A DNA stretch of 64,000 nucleotides from Alphaproteobacteria bacterium. GTDB taxonomy: Bacteria; Pseudomonadota; Alphaproteobacteria; JAREAF01. The notes below the pieces were generated by a model that was given only the letters and a program-made list of their open reading frames with translations, was not told where the DNA came from and made no database searches. The DNA lies in the NCBI GenBank assembly GCA_035620695.1, contig DASPGI010000193.1, positions 64,398 to 128,397 on the forward strand. Reading direction: 5' to 3'. The position numbers were made by a program, and so were the translations under genes. Shown in pieces: positions 10,352 through 19,866 of this stretch. The number at the start of each line of letters is the position of its first letter. Within the stretch, counting starts at the first letter, position 1.

Positions 10352-11248
10352 ATGTCGGCACGCGCTTTGGTCTTTGTCGTCATCGCGCTTCTCATGGCAG
10401 GCGCCACCGCCCTGATCGCGCGCAACTGGCTTTCTTCCGAGCGCGCGGAACAGTCCGCTCAGGCGACGCCTGTTCCGCAGGCCATCACCAAGAATGTTCT
10501 GGTGGCGGTCACCGATTTGCCGGCCGGCAGCTTCATCAAGGCGGAGCATGTCCGCTGGCAGTCCTGGCCGGAGGATGCCGTCAACGGCACCTATCTCATC
10601 GAAGGCGTCGCCAAGCCCGAGGACGTGGTGGGCTCGGTCGTTCGGCGCGGCATCGTCGGAGGTGAGCCCGTCACGAGCGGACGCATCGTGCGGCCGGGAG
10701 ATCGCGGTTTCCTTGCGGCGGTGCTGCAACCCGGCATGCGCGCTGTCGCGATCGGCGTGAACCCGACCTCCGGCATCGCTGGTCTGGTCTTCCCGGGCGA
10801 CCGCGTCGACATCATCCTGACCCAAAGCATCCCAACCGGCGGTTCGGAGCCACGCCTCGCCAGCGAGACGGTTCTGGAGAATGTCCGCGTGCTTGCCATC
10901 GATCAGATCCTGAACGACCAATCGGGAGAGCCTACCCTCGGCAAGAACGCGACCATCGAAGTTACTCCCAAGCAGGCGGAGGTGGTCGCGGTGGTGAGCG
11001 ACATGGGTAAGCTCTCCTTGAGCCTGCGCAGCCTGGCACGCCCTGAAACCGGCGAAGACGCGCTCGACCCGGTCGAAACGGTGGACAGCTCACCGGAGCC
11101 CTGGCGTGGCGAAACCTACACCTGGGATTCAGATGCCAGTCTGGTGCTTGCCGGCAGGCGTGCACCGCGTGGCGGCGGCGGTGGTCACAAGGTCCTCGTG
11201 TTCCAGGGCGGGAAGGCGGAATCCGTGAACCTCGGGGGGGGTCAATGA
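10352..11248 (+). CDS. cpaB: Flp pilus assembly protein CpaB/RcpC
   Basis: N-terminal TM anchor and SAF/RcpC domain (VAVTDLPAGSFI...GMRAVAIGV). Confidence 0.85.
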   Translation: MSARALVFVVIALLMAGATALIARNWLSSERAEQSAQATPVPQAITKNVLVAVTDLPAGSFIKAEHVRWQSWPEDAVNGTYLIEGVAKPEDVVGSVVRRGIVGGEPVTSGRIVRPGDRGFLAAVLQPGMRAVAIGVNPTSGIAGLVFPGDRVDIILTQSIPTGGSEPRLASETVLENVRVLAIDQILNDQSGEPTLGKNATIEVTPKQAEVVAVVSDMGKLSLSLRSLARPETGEDALDPVETVDSSPEPWRGETYTWDSDASLVLAGRRAPRGGGGGHKVLVFQGGKAESVNLGGGQ

Positions 11249-12672
11249 AACCGTTGCGAACCTGGCTGCTGATCACGGCGGCCGTCTTTTCTTTCGCCAT
11301 CCTCCGCAGCGCGCCTGCGGATGCAGCCGAGTTGATACCGACGACCGGCGAGCCGGTCACCATCGAGGTCAACGAGGGTCATCTCGTTCGCATTGAAAGG
11401 CCGGCCTCGGCGGTCTTCGTTGCCAATCCCGAGATCGCCGAAGTGGCGGTCAAGTCGCCGAGACTGATCTATGTCTTCGCCAAGAGGCCAGGCGAAACGA
11501 CGCTCTATGCGGTTGATCAGAAGGAAGCAGTGGTCGCGAATCTGCGCCTCTTGGTGACTCACGACCTGTCGCGCCTCTCCGAAGGCCTCGGCATGATGGT
11601 GCCGCAAGGCCAGGTCACAGCGCAGTCGGTGAACGGTGCGATCGTGCTGACCGGAGCGGTTGCGACCGAATCGGAAGCAGAAGACGCCCGCCGTCTTGCC
11701 GCCCGGTTCCTTGGCGAAAACGAAGAGGTAATCAACCACCTCGAGGTGACTGCGCCAAATCAGGTGAACTTGCGCGTCCGTTTCGCCGAGGTTTCGCGCA
11801 ACATGCTCCGCCAGTTCGGAATCAACTGGGAGGCGCTGGTCGATGCCGGCGATTTCACCTTCGGGCTGGCCACCGGCAACCCGATCTTCGGTCCACTGGA
11901 GCAAGTCGGCTCGACCAGCACCCTTGTCCAGCCCCTGCTTACGCGCCAGGGTACGCCGCCGGTCAATAACATTTTCGGCAGCTACACCACCGACGATGTC
12001 GACGTGAACACACTGATCGATCTCTTGGCCGAGGACGATCTAGTCGCAGTGCTTGCGGAACCCAATCTGACCGCGCTGTCGGGCGAGACGGCGAGCTTCC
12101 TGGCCGGAGGCGAGTTCCCCGTCCCGGTGCCCGACGATGATGGTATCGCGATCGAGTACAAGAAATTCGGCGTGGGCCTCGCCTTCACCCCGACGGTGCT
12201 AAGCCCCAACCGTATCAGCATGCGGGTAAATCCGGAGGTGAGCGCGCTTTCGAACGAGGGCGCGATACGGATTGAGGGTATTTCGGTGCCGTCGCTGACC
12301 ACACGGACCGCCGACACCACGGTGGAGCTGGCCAGCGGTCAGAGCTTCGCCATCGCCGGTTTGTTGCAGAACAACAGCAGCTTCGACCATACACGCGTAC
12401 CCGGGCTGGGCGACATGCCGATCCTGGGCGACTTGTTCAAGTCGGACCGGTTCAACCGGCAGGAGACCGAGCTGGTCATCATCGTCACGCCCTATGTCGT
12501 GAAGCCGATCGACGATCCGCGCGCGGTCGCCCTGCCGACCGATGCGGTCATTGGCACCGCCGGCCGCCGCGCCGCGGAAACGAGCGCCGCATCGGCATCC
12601 ACCAACCAGCCGACCGCCATCAGCCCGGCGCCCGGTCTCGCCGGCTCAGGCGGGTTCGTCGTCGTCCAATAA
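11245..12672 (+). CDS. cpaC: Flp pilus secretin CpaC/RcpA
   Basis: Signal peptide, BON/N-domain and secretin C-domain (GGLLQNNSSFDHTRVPGLGDMPILGDLFKS). ATGA overlap with cpaB. Confidence 0.9.
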   Translation: MKPLRTWLLITAAVFSFAILRSAPADAAELIPTTGEPVTIEVNEGHLVRIERPASAVFVANPEIAEVAVKSPRLIYVFAKRPGETTLYAVDQKEAVVANLRLLVTHDLSRLSEGLGMMVPQGQVTAQSVNGAIVLTGAVATESEAEDARRLAARFLGENEEVINHLEVTAPNQVNLRVRFAEVSRNMLRQFGINWEALVDAGDFTFGLATGNPIFGPLEQVGSTSTLVQPLLTRQGTPPVNNIFGSYTTDDVDVNTLIDLLAEDDLVAVLAEPNLTALSGETASFLAGGEFPVPVPDDDGIAIEYKKFGVGLAFTPTVLSPNRISMRVNPEVSALSNEGAIRIEGISVPSLTTRTADTTVELASGQSFAIAGLLQNNSSFDHTRVPGLGDMPILGDLFKSDRFNRQETELVIIVTPYVVKPIDDPRAVALPTDAVIGTAGRRAAETSAASASTNQPTAISPAPGLAGSGGFVVVQ

Positions 12673-12692
12673 GCGAGGGAGCCTTGAAAGCG

Positions 12693-13415
12693 ATGCACCG
12701 CGCCTTTGAGACAGTTTACCGCTCCACGGGCCTCGCCGCCCTCGTGCTTCTGGTCGCCTGCGCCAACCCGCCGGGTCTCGTTCCCTATGCGGAGTGGCGG
12801 CAGATGGATCCGCCGCCACGGATCGATGTCCGTGACGCACCGATCGTGCATGCCGTCAATTTCGAGCCAGGCTCCACCAGTTTGAGCGCGGCCGAGGCAA
12901 GCGCGGTTGCCGGCTTCCTGTCGGCGGAAAGTGTCGAGCCGGGCGAAAGCGTCAAGCTTGAAGCGCCCTCCGCCGGCGCCGCCGACACGGATCGTATCGC
13001 CCGGCGCCTGGCGACGGTGCGCAACGCGCTCGAGCAACAGGGCATTTCTGTGACCATGGCGCCGCCCGCCGCTCCAGGAACCCTTGGGCCCGATCAGATT
13101 CGCGTGGTCGCATCGGGGCCGATGGTCGTCGACCCTCCCTGCCCGGGCTATAACGAACCGGTTTCCTCCTACGACCGCTTCGGACGACCCACTATGAACA
13201 TGGGCTGCTCCAACGAGATCAATCTGGGCCTGATGGTCGCGGATCCGAACGACCTCGTGCGCGGGCGCCCCTTGGCCCCTGCTGACGCCGAGCGATCGTC
13301 GCTGGCGATCCAGAAGTACCGCACCGGCACGCAAGGCGAGGAGGGCGGCGCGAGCGCCGGCTCCGGGGTGTCGCTGGTGCCGTTGGCTATCGGGACCGGA
13401 GGAGGAGCGCAATGA
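12693..13415 (+). CDS. cpaD: Pilus assembly lipoprotein CpaD
   Basis: Lipobox LLVAC after a short signal peptide, in the CpaD position. The ATG at 12693 is preferred over the TTG at 12684. Confidence 0.75.
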   Translation: MHRAFETVYRSTGLAALVLLVACANPPGLVPYAEWRQMDPPPRIDVRDAPIVHAVNFEPGSTSLSAAEASAVAGFLSAESVEPGESVKLEAPSAGAADTDRIARRLATVRNALEQQGISVTMAPPAAPGTLGPDQIRVVASGPMVVDPPCPGYNEPVSSYDRFGRPTMNMGCSNEINLGLMVADPNDLVRGRPLAPADAERSSLAIQKYRTGTQGEEGGASAGSGVSLVPLAIGTGGGAQ

Positions 13416-14665
13416 CTTCCGCAGCGCGTTTAATGAACCTGTCTGGATCGGATGAAATCGGATCAACATACCGTGCGGTGGATTGCGCGGCCTTCATCAC
13501 CGACGAAGAGACCCGGCGCACCGTCGAGCAGGCATGCCATGCGCTCGGGAAGGATGTGTCGATTTCCGAAGGTGGCAGCCGGGAGGCAATGGAATATCTG
13601 TCCGAAGCTCCCATGCCGGAAGTGCTGATCGTCGATGTCAGCGACACTGGAAAACCGCTTTCGACCATGCTGACCATCACCGCCGCCTTCGCGGAGAACA
13701 CGAAGGTGATTGCGGTAGGCTCGGTCAACGATATAAGCCTCTATCGCGAGCTGATCGATGGCGGCGTCACCGACTATCTGGTGAAGCCGATTACTGACAA
13801 GGCGTTGAGCGACGCCATCTCCCGCGAACGTAACGCGCCTCAACCCATCGAGCCTGCCCTCGGAGAGAAGCTGCCCGCGAACGTCATCGCCTTCATCGGG
13901 ACCCGGGGGGGCGTCGGCGCCAGCACGATCGCTGCGAACTGCGCCTGGATCGTTGCTCAGGAGCGTAAGCGTCAGACCACGCTGCTCGATCTCGACCTCC
14001 AATTCGGGACCATCGCGCTCGCCCTCGACATCGAGCCCACGCGCGGCTTGCGCGAGGCACTCGAAAATCCGAGCCGGATCGACAGCTTGTTCCTGAGCAG
14101 CGCCGCCGCCAAGCTCAGCGACCGGTTCACAGTGCTGGCCGCGGAAGAGGCAGTGGACGGAGAGGTGCATTTCGATCCCTCGGCGATCGACCAACTCCTG
14201 GGCGAGATCAACCGCTCCAGCCAGTTCGTCTTCGTGGATCTGCCGCGTGTTGGAAGCATCGGCCGCACCCGGCTGCTGCAAATGACCAGTCAGATCGTGG
14301 TGGTAACCGATGTTACGCTTGCAGGCCTGCGTGACTGCATCCGCCTGATTGCGATGCTGGAGCGCGCGGCGCCGCAGGCGAAGCTTCTGGTTGCGGCCAA
14401 CCGTGCCGGCCGAACCGAAAACTGCCTGAGCAAGCCTGAATTCGAGAAGGCCCTCGGGCGGAAGGTCGACATCGTCCTGCCGGAAGATCCCAAGGCGCTT
14501 GCGGCTTCGGTCAATCGAGGCAAGCCATTGCCGGTCGTGGCCAAGTCCAGCAAGTTCGTAGGCTCGCTGCGGCAGCTCGTACGCCGATTAGACGGCGCCG
14601 ATCAACCGAAACCGACCCAGAAAGCCACTCTGCCCTTCATGGGCCTGCTGAAGAAAAAGAAATGA
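13412..14665 (+). CDS. cpaE: Pilus assembly ATPase CpaE (MinD/ParA-like with N-terminal receiver-like domain)
   Basis: Deviant Walker A IGTRGGVGASTIA. ATGA overlap with cpaD. Confidence 0.9.
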   Translation: MTSAARLMNLSGSDEIGSTYRAVDCAAFITDEETRRTVEQACHALGKDVSISEGGSREAMEYLSEAPMPEVLIVDVSDTGKPLSTMLTITAAFAENTKVIAVGSVNDISLYRELIDGGVTDYLVKPITDKALSDAISRERNAPQPIEPALGEKLPANVIAFIGTRGGVGASTIAANCAWIVAQERKRQTTLLDLDLQFGTIALALDIEPTRGLREALENPSRIDSLFLSSAAAKLSDRFTVLAAEEAVDGEVHFDPSAIDQLLGEINRSSQFVFVDLPRVGSIGRTRLLQMTSQIVVVTDVTLAGLRDCIRLIAMLERAAPQAKLLVAANRAGRTENCLSKPEFEKALGRKVDIVLPEDPKALAASVNRGKPLPVVAKSSKFVGSLRQLVRRLDGADQPKPTQKATLPFMGLLKKKK

Positions 14666-16311
14666 GCATGCCCGAGGGCGCGAACCGACCGGCGGAAGAT
14701 CGCATCGTCCGGCTGCAGAGAGGGCCGGGCAATGGGCATGACCGCCAGCCCGATCTCGCTCAACTGACAGAGCAGCTCAAATCGCTGATGGCGGAGGCCG
14801 CCAAAGGCAAGAGCGGACCTCTCTCCCGCCCCCAGCTCTACATGAAGATCGGCGAACTGGTGAACGCCGAGGCGGAGCGGAACGGCTGGGAGCTGTCGAT
14901 GCCCGATCGGCGTCAACTGATTGCCGAGCTGGTGGCGGGCGTCCAGACGCCGGATCGATCGGCGGGACCTCCCGTCGTTCGGGATCAGTTTGCCCCTGCC
15001 TTCGGCGCTCCGGCGGCGGGCAAACCGGGCGACATGCTGTCCTCCGCCAGCCGCGAAAGCATCGAGGAGGCGAAATCGAAGATCCAGCCGATCATACTGG
15101 ATCGGATGGACATGGCGGCGGCCGCTCAGCTGTCGCGCGAGGATCTATCCCACCAACTCGCCGAGCTGGTGGCCGAAATCCTGGCCGAGATGAAGCTCCG
15201 GCTGAACCTCAAGGAACAGCAAGGGCTGGTCGAGCTGTTGCTCAACGACATGCTCGGCCTGGGTCCGCTCGAGCCGCTGCTCGCGGACGAGACCGTGACC
15301 GACATCATGGTCAACGGCGCCAACAAGGTCTATGTCGAGCGCAAGGGAAAGTTGGCTTTGACCGACGTGCGTTTCCGAAACGATGCGCACGTCATGAACA
15401 TCGCCAACCGCATAGTCAGCCAAGTAGGCCGGCGAATCGACGAATCCCAACCGCTCTGCGATGCGCGCCTGCTTGACGGCAGCCGCGTCAACATCATCGT
15501 GCCCCCGCTCGCGATCGACGGGCCGTCCATATCGATCCGCAAATTTTCAAAGAAGAACATCACCCTCGACGTGATGGCCCGTCAGGGCAACATTTCGCCG
15601 CACATGGCGACTGTGCTGAAGATCGCGGCACGATCCCGTCTCAACATTCTGATTTCCGGCGGTACGGGCTCGGGCAAAACGACGCTCCTCAATGCGATGT
15701 CGCAGATGATCGATCCGGGCGATCGCATCGTGACGATCGAGGACGCCGCCGAATTGCAGCTACAGCAACCGCACGTGGTTCGCCTCGAGACGCGTCCGCC
15801 AAGCCTTGAGGGATCGGGCGAGATCACCATGCGTGACCTGGTCAAGAACTCGCTGCGTATGCGACCCGATCGCATCATCATGGGCGAGGTACGCAGCTCC
15901 GAAGCGGTGGACATGCTGCAAGCCATGAACACCGGTCACGAGGGCTCGCTATCGACCATTCACGCCAACAAGCCCCGTGAAGCTCTGACCCGCCTTGAAA
16001 ACATGGTGGGCATGGCCGGCATCAACCTTCCCTCCAAGGCGGTCCGCACTCAGATCGCGGCGGCGATCGACGTGATCGTGCAGGTGAGCCGCATGCGCGA
16101 CGGCATGCGCCGCATCACTCACATCATGGAGGTGGTCGGAATGGAAGGAGACGTCATCACCACGCAAGACCTCTTCCTCTACGAGTTCGAGGGCGAGGAG
16201 GCTGATGGCAAGTTGCGGGGCAACTTCCGTTGTTCTGGATTGCGGCCGCATTTCACGCCGAAAGCGGCCTATTTCGGGCTGGATCGGCCCCTGTTAGAGG
16301 CGATGGCATGA
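14662..16311 (+). CDS. cpaF: Tad secretion ATPase CpaF/TadA
   Basis: Walker A GGTGSGKTTLLNAM plus Asp and His boxes of the VirB11/GspE family. At 549 aa it carries a longer N-terminal region than typical CpaF. Confidence 0.9.
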   Translation: MSMPEGANRPAEDRIVRLQRGPGNGHDRQPDLAQLTEQLKSLMAEAAKGKSGPLSRPQLYMKIGELVNAEAERNGWELSMPDRRQLIAELVAGVQTPDRSAGPPVVRDQFAPAFGAPAAGKPGDMLSSASRESIEEAKSKIQPIILDRMDMAAAAQLSREDLSHQLAELVAEILAEMKLRLNLKEQQGLVELLLNDMLGLGPLEPLLADETVTDIMVNGANKVYVERKGKLALTDVRFRNDAHVMNIANRIVSQVGRRIDESQPLCDARLLDGSRVNIIVPPLAIDGPSISIRKFSKKNITLDVMARQGNISPHMATVLKIAARSRLNILISGGTGSGKTTLLNAMSQMIDPGDRIVTIEDAAELQLQQPHVVRLETRPPSLEGSGEITMRDLVKNSLRMRPDRIIMGEVRSSEAVDMLQAMNTGHEGSLSTIHANKPREALTRLENMVGMAGINLPSKAVRTQIAAAIDVIVQVSRMRDGMRRITHIMEVVGMEGDVITTQDLFLYEFEGEEADGKLRGNFRCSGLRPHFTPKAAYFGLDRPLLEAMA

Positions 16312-17309
16312 CGCTCAGCGAATTCGTCTCCACGGGACCCGGCCTGCTGCTGTTCAGCCTTGCCGTCCCGGCAATCTTCTTCCTTTTCTTTTTTGCCTTG
16401 CATCACTCCCGTCAGGCGGCAATGCGTGCCCGCAGGATCAACCGCGTGCAGCAGATGCCCGGCCTGGACGGGGGCTCCAAAACGGCCCTGTCGCTGAAGC
16501 GGATCACAAAGGACAGCGGCATCGGCGCCATCGATTCTCTGATCAAGCACGTTGTCCCGAATCCCGAGAACCTGCGCGCGAAGCTTGATCGTACCGGCTA
16601 CAATATCAGCCTAGGCATTTATCTGATGGCCTCGGCGCTGGTGGGACTGCTTGTCGTTCTCATCGGGCGGCTCTATCCGGTCCTGCCGATCGCGGCGGTA
16701 ATTCTCTTTGGGGTCTTTGCCGCCATCGTCCTGCCGCACGGTTTCGTGGCGATGCTGTCCAAGCGACGCATCAAGAAGTTCCTCGAGGCCTTTCCCGAGG
16801 CAATTGATCTAATTGTTCGCGGACTCAAGTCCGGCCTGCCGGTGACCGAATCGATCAAGACGGTTTCGGCCGAGCTGGGTGGACCGGTCGCCGTCGAGTT
16901 CGCGCGCATCAGTGACAACATCAAGTTCGGCAAGAGCATGCCCGAGGCCTTGGAAGCCTGCGCCAAGCGTCTGGGCATCCCGGAGTTCCGGTTCTTCACC
17001 ATTTCGCTGGGAATTCAGCAGGAGACCGGCGGAAATCTTGCCGAGACGCTTGGAAATCTGAGCGACGTGCTGCGCCGTCGCCGGCAGATGAAGCTGAAGA
17101 TCAAGGCCTTCTCTTCCGAAGCAAAGGCCAGCGCCTACATCATCGGGTCGCTGCCCTTCCTGATGGAAGGCCTGATCTTGTCCGTCAACTACGACTATGC
17201 CATCCAGCTCTTCACCGACGATCGCGGACTGGTAATGGTGGGATTTGGGCTGGTCAGCTTCATGATTGGCGCTGGCGTGATGGCGAAAATGGTGAGGTTC
17301 GAAATATGA
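16308..17309 (+). CDS. tadB: Tad pilus inner-membrane platform protein TadB
   Basis: GspF-like domain (T2SSF) in a polytopic protein. ATGA overlap with cpaF. Confidence 0.85.
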   Translation: MTLSEFVSTGPGLLLFSLAVPAIFFLFFFALHHSRQAAMRARRINRVQQMPGLDGGSKTALSLKRITKDSGIGAIDSLIKHVVPNPENLRAKLDRTGYNISLGIYLMASALVGLLVVLIGRLYPVLPIAAVILFGVFAAIVLPHGFVAMLSKRRIKKFLEAFPEAIDLIVRGLKSGLPVTESIKTVSAELGGPVAVEFARISDNIKFGKSMPEALEACAKRLGIPEFRFFTISLGIQQETGGNLAETLGNLSDVLRRRRQMKLKIKAFSSEAKASAYIIGSLPFLMEGLILSVNYDYAIQLFTDDRGLVMVGFGLVSFMIGAGVMAKMVRFEI

Positions 17310-18280
17310 ACATCGCCGATCTCATTCCCGGCATCGGTACGGACGATCTGATAGTCGGCATGGCCGCCCTGTCGGCACTGATGGTCACGGCCGGTGCGTG
17401 GTACAGCCTGATCGACCATAATCCGGGAGCGCGCCGTGCGCGCGAGCTCGCAGCGAGCCGCGAACAGCTTCGCGCCGGCCTGGCCGGAACGCGTAAGCGC
17501 ACCAGCTCCCGCCAGGTTTCGATCGGACTGATGAAGCGTGTCGTCAGCGGCATCACCTTGCGCCGCAGCCAGCAGGCGGACCGGCTCGCCCGCACCCTTG
17601 CTCAAGCCGGTTTTCGAAACAAGGATGCGATCGTCGCCTATCAGTTCGCCAAGATCGTGGCGCCGATCGCCCTGGGTCTCACGGCCGTGGTGCTGCTCTA
17701 CGGCTTCGGCATGTACAGCCTCAGCGGTCCGATGCGGGCGCTCATTTCCTTCGGAGCGCTTGGTTTCGGCTATATGTTGCCGGATATCTATCTCAAGAAT
17801 ACGACCGACAAGCGCCGTCACGCCATGCGCAGGGCCCTGCCGGACGCTCTCGATCTCATGGTGATCTGCACTGAGGCGGGCCTGAGCCTCGATGCGACTC
17901 TGAAACGCGTCTCGGAGGAATTCGGCGAGGCATGCGCCTCCCTGGCCGATGAACTGGCCCTGACCGCACTTGAGTTGGGCTTCCTGCCCGACCGCCGACA
18001 GGCTCTGCGCAATCTCGACCTGCGCACCAATATTCCTGGGATCCGCGGCATGGTGAACAACCTGCTGCAGGCCGACAAATACGGCACCCCGGTCGCTCAG
18101 GCGTTGCGCGTGCTGTCAGCCGAGTTCCGCGAAGAGCGGATGCTGAAGGCCGAAGAGAAAGCGGCTCGCCTGCCGGCCATGCTGACGGTGCCGATGATCC
18201 TGTTCATCCTGCCGCCGCTCTTTGTCGTATTGCTGGGTCCGGCGATCCTGCGCACCATCGACGCGCTGAGCGGGTTCTAA
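17306..18280 (+). CDS. tadC: Tad pilus inner-membrane platform protein TadC
   Basis: Second GspF-like platform protein. ATGA overlap with tadB. Confidence 0.85.
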   Translation: MNIADLIPGIGTDDLIVGMAALSALMVTAGAWYSLIDHNPGARRARELAASREQLRAGLAGTRKRTSSRQVSIGLMKRVVSGITLRRSQQADRLARTLAQAGFRNKDAIVAYQFAKIVAPIALGLTAVVLLYGFGMYSLSGPMRALISFGALGFGYMLPDIYLKNTTDKRRHAMRRALPDALDLMVICTEAGLSLDATLKRVSEEFGEACASLADELALTALELGFLPDRRQALRNLDLRTNIPGIRGMVNNLLQADKYGTPVAQALRVLSAEFREERMLKAEEKAARLPAMLTVPMILFILPPLFVVLLGPAILRTIDALSGF

Positions 18281-18291
18281 AGCCCCGCTCC

Positions 18292-19791
18292 CTAGAGTGT
18301 GCCCGGACGACGGCGGTGTACCACCGCCGTCTCATCGGTATACACGCGCTCCCAGCCGGGCAACCGATCGAGCAGCAGAATGGCGGGGGTGCCGGTCTGA
18401 AGCATCGTCCAGCCGATCCCCCGCTCGGCAAGAAGCGCCTCCAATGCGCCCGCGTTTGTCAACGTCACCGCATCGAGATAGCGCCTCAGGAAGGTACTTC
18501 CATAAAAGTCGGCGCGACCGTCGATGAAAACCGGAACGCCGGAAAAAATCAGAAACCCGCCGAAATTGAAGGAATTGAGCACCGGTTGGCCAAGCAGCTC
18601 CGCGGAGCGGGCGGATTCCAACGCTGCCACCGGAGCGACCGCTGATGGCGGCGCCACTTCTGCTCGACCAAAGTAAAGCGCAGGGGCAAGCACCAAGACC
18701 GCGGCGGAAGCGCATACACCCCATAAGCGCCCTCGCCCCGCCGGTACTGTCTCCACGACGGCGCCGCCATAAAGGTTCGCGCCGAGACAGGCGGCTACCG
18801 CTAGAGGTGCGACCAGCCCCAAAAGCTCGCCATGACGGACATGAGACAGCGCCAGATAGACCAAGCCGACCAGCAGCAGCACCCGGAATGGCGGAAGTCG
18901 CAGTCGTCCAAGCAAGGCCAGAGCAAGTATTCCCAACAGCACCAATTGCAGCCCTGAGAGCGTGCGAAAGTCGGCAGGCTGCCATTCTCCGATGGGTGCA
19001 ACGAAGCCGCTGCCGTCAAGGAACCCGAGCGCGAAACGGACCCCGGCTGCGGGTGCATGCGGTGTCATCAGGCTCGCGAATGCGGCTGCGAGTAGAAATG
19101 CTCCCCAACCCAGAAGCAGGCCCGCCCGCGCGGATGCCTCGGCCCGCCATATCGCCTCCGCGGCAAACAACCCCGCCAGGGCCAGCCCAAAGACATACCC
19201 TCCGTGGAGGTTTGCCCACAGCGCCATGAGCAAGAGCCAGAATAGGCTCGGCGGTGCCCGACGCTCCACCGCCGTGCAAAGAGCAGCAGTCCATAAGACC
19301 AGGATTGGCCAGGTCAGGATATGTGGTCGGGCCAGCAGATGCTGCGATGCCAGCGCAAAACTCGCCGTGCACAGCACCAGCGTATGCCGCGGCTGAAGAT
19401 GACGCTGAAGGATGGTTGCAAGCAGAGCAAAGGCGAGCCCGGCCGACGCGGCCGCCACCGTCGCCACGGCACCCCAGCCGCCGAGATGAAACGCCCACCA
19501 GAACAACAACTCCGACAGCCATTCATGAGCATGCCAGGGGGCGCCAAGCATGCTATGGGAGAATGGATCACGGTCGGGAACGCTCAGATGCGTGGCGATC
19601 CAGCGCCCGGCCTCGACATGCCACTGGATGTCGGGATCGCCGATCACCGCCGAACCCTTCAGGAGCGCTGCAACGAAGATCGCCGTCCCTACAGCGGGCG
19701 CAAGCCAATCTCCAAGCGCCGGCCTCGGGATGGTGCGTAGCCCGATCTCCGCCATGGATGCCCTCCCCTGGCGACTGGTCGCCAGTTCCAC
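18292..19791 (-). CDS. Polytopic integral membrane protein, possibly a GT-C-type glycosyltransferase (function unknown)
   Basis: About 499 aa with more than 10 predicted TM helices. First periplasmic loop carries GDPDIQWH (D-x-D). GTG start. The call rests on composition and topology only. Confidence 0.55.
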   Translation of the reverse strand: MELATSRQGRASMAEIGLRTIPRPALGDWLAPAVGTAIFVAALLKGSAVIGDPDIQWHVEAGRWIATHLSVPDRDPFSHSMLGAPWHAHEWLSELLFWWAFHLGGWGAVATVAAASAGLAFALLATILQRHLQPRHTLVLCTASFALASQHLLARPHILTWPILVLWTAALCTAVERRAPPSLFWLLLMALWANLHGGYVFGLALAGLFAAEAIWRAEASARAGLLLGWGAFLLAAAFASLMTPHAPAAGVRFALGFLDGSGFVAPIGEWQPADFRTLSGLQLVLLGILALALLGRLRLPPFRVLLLVGLVYLALSHVRHGELLGLVAPLAVAACLGANLYGGAVVETVPAGRGRLWGVCASAAVLVLAPALYFGRAEVAPPSAVAPVAALESARSAELLGQPVLNSFNFGGFLIFSGVPVFIDGRADFYGSTFLRRYLDAVTLTNAGALEALLAERGIGWTMLQTGTPAILLLDRLPGWERVYTDETAVVHRRRPGTL

Positions 19792-19809
19792 GCAGTAGGG
19801 CCAGGGTAT

Positions 19810-19852
19810 GGTTAAGGCGGCCCTAAAGCAGGCTTTCTTAACCGAAGCCGGC
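19810..19852. promoter_or_regulatory. Inverted repeat GGTTAAG-N29-CTTAACC in the divergent intergenic region between the membrane-protein gene and the PAP2 gene
   Basis: Perfect 7-bp arms in the 75-bp shared promoter region. Confidence 0.3.
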
Positions 19853-19866
19853 TAACCCTCTCATCC

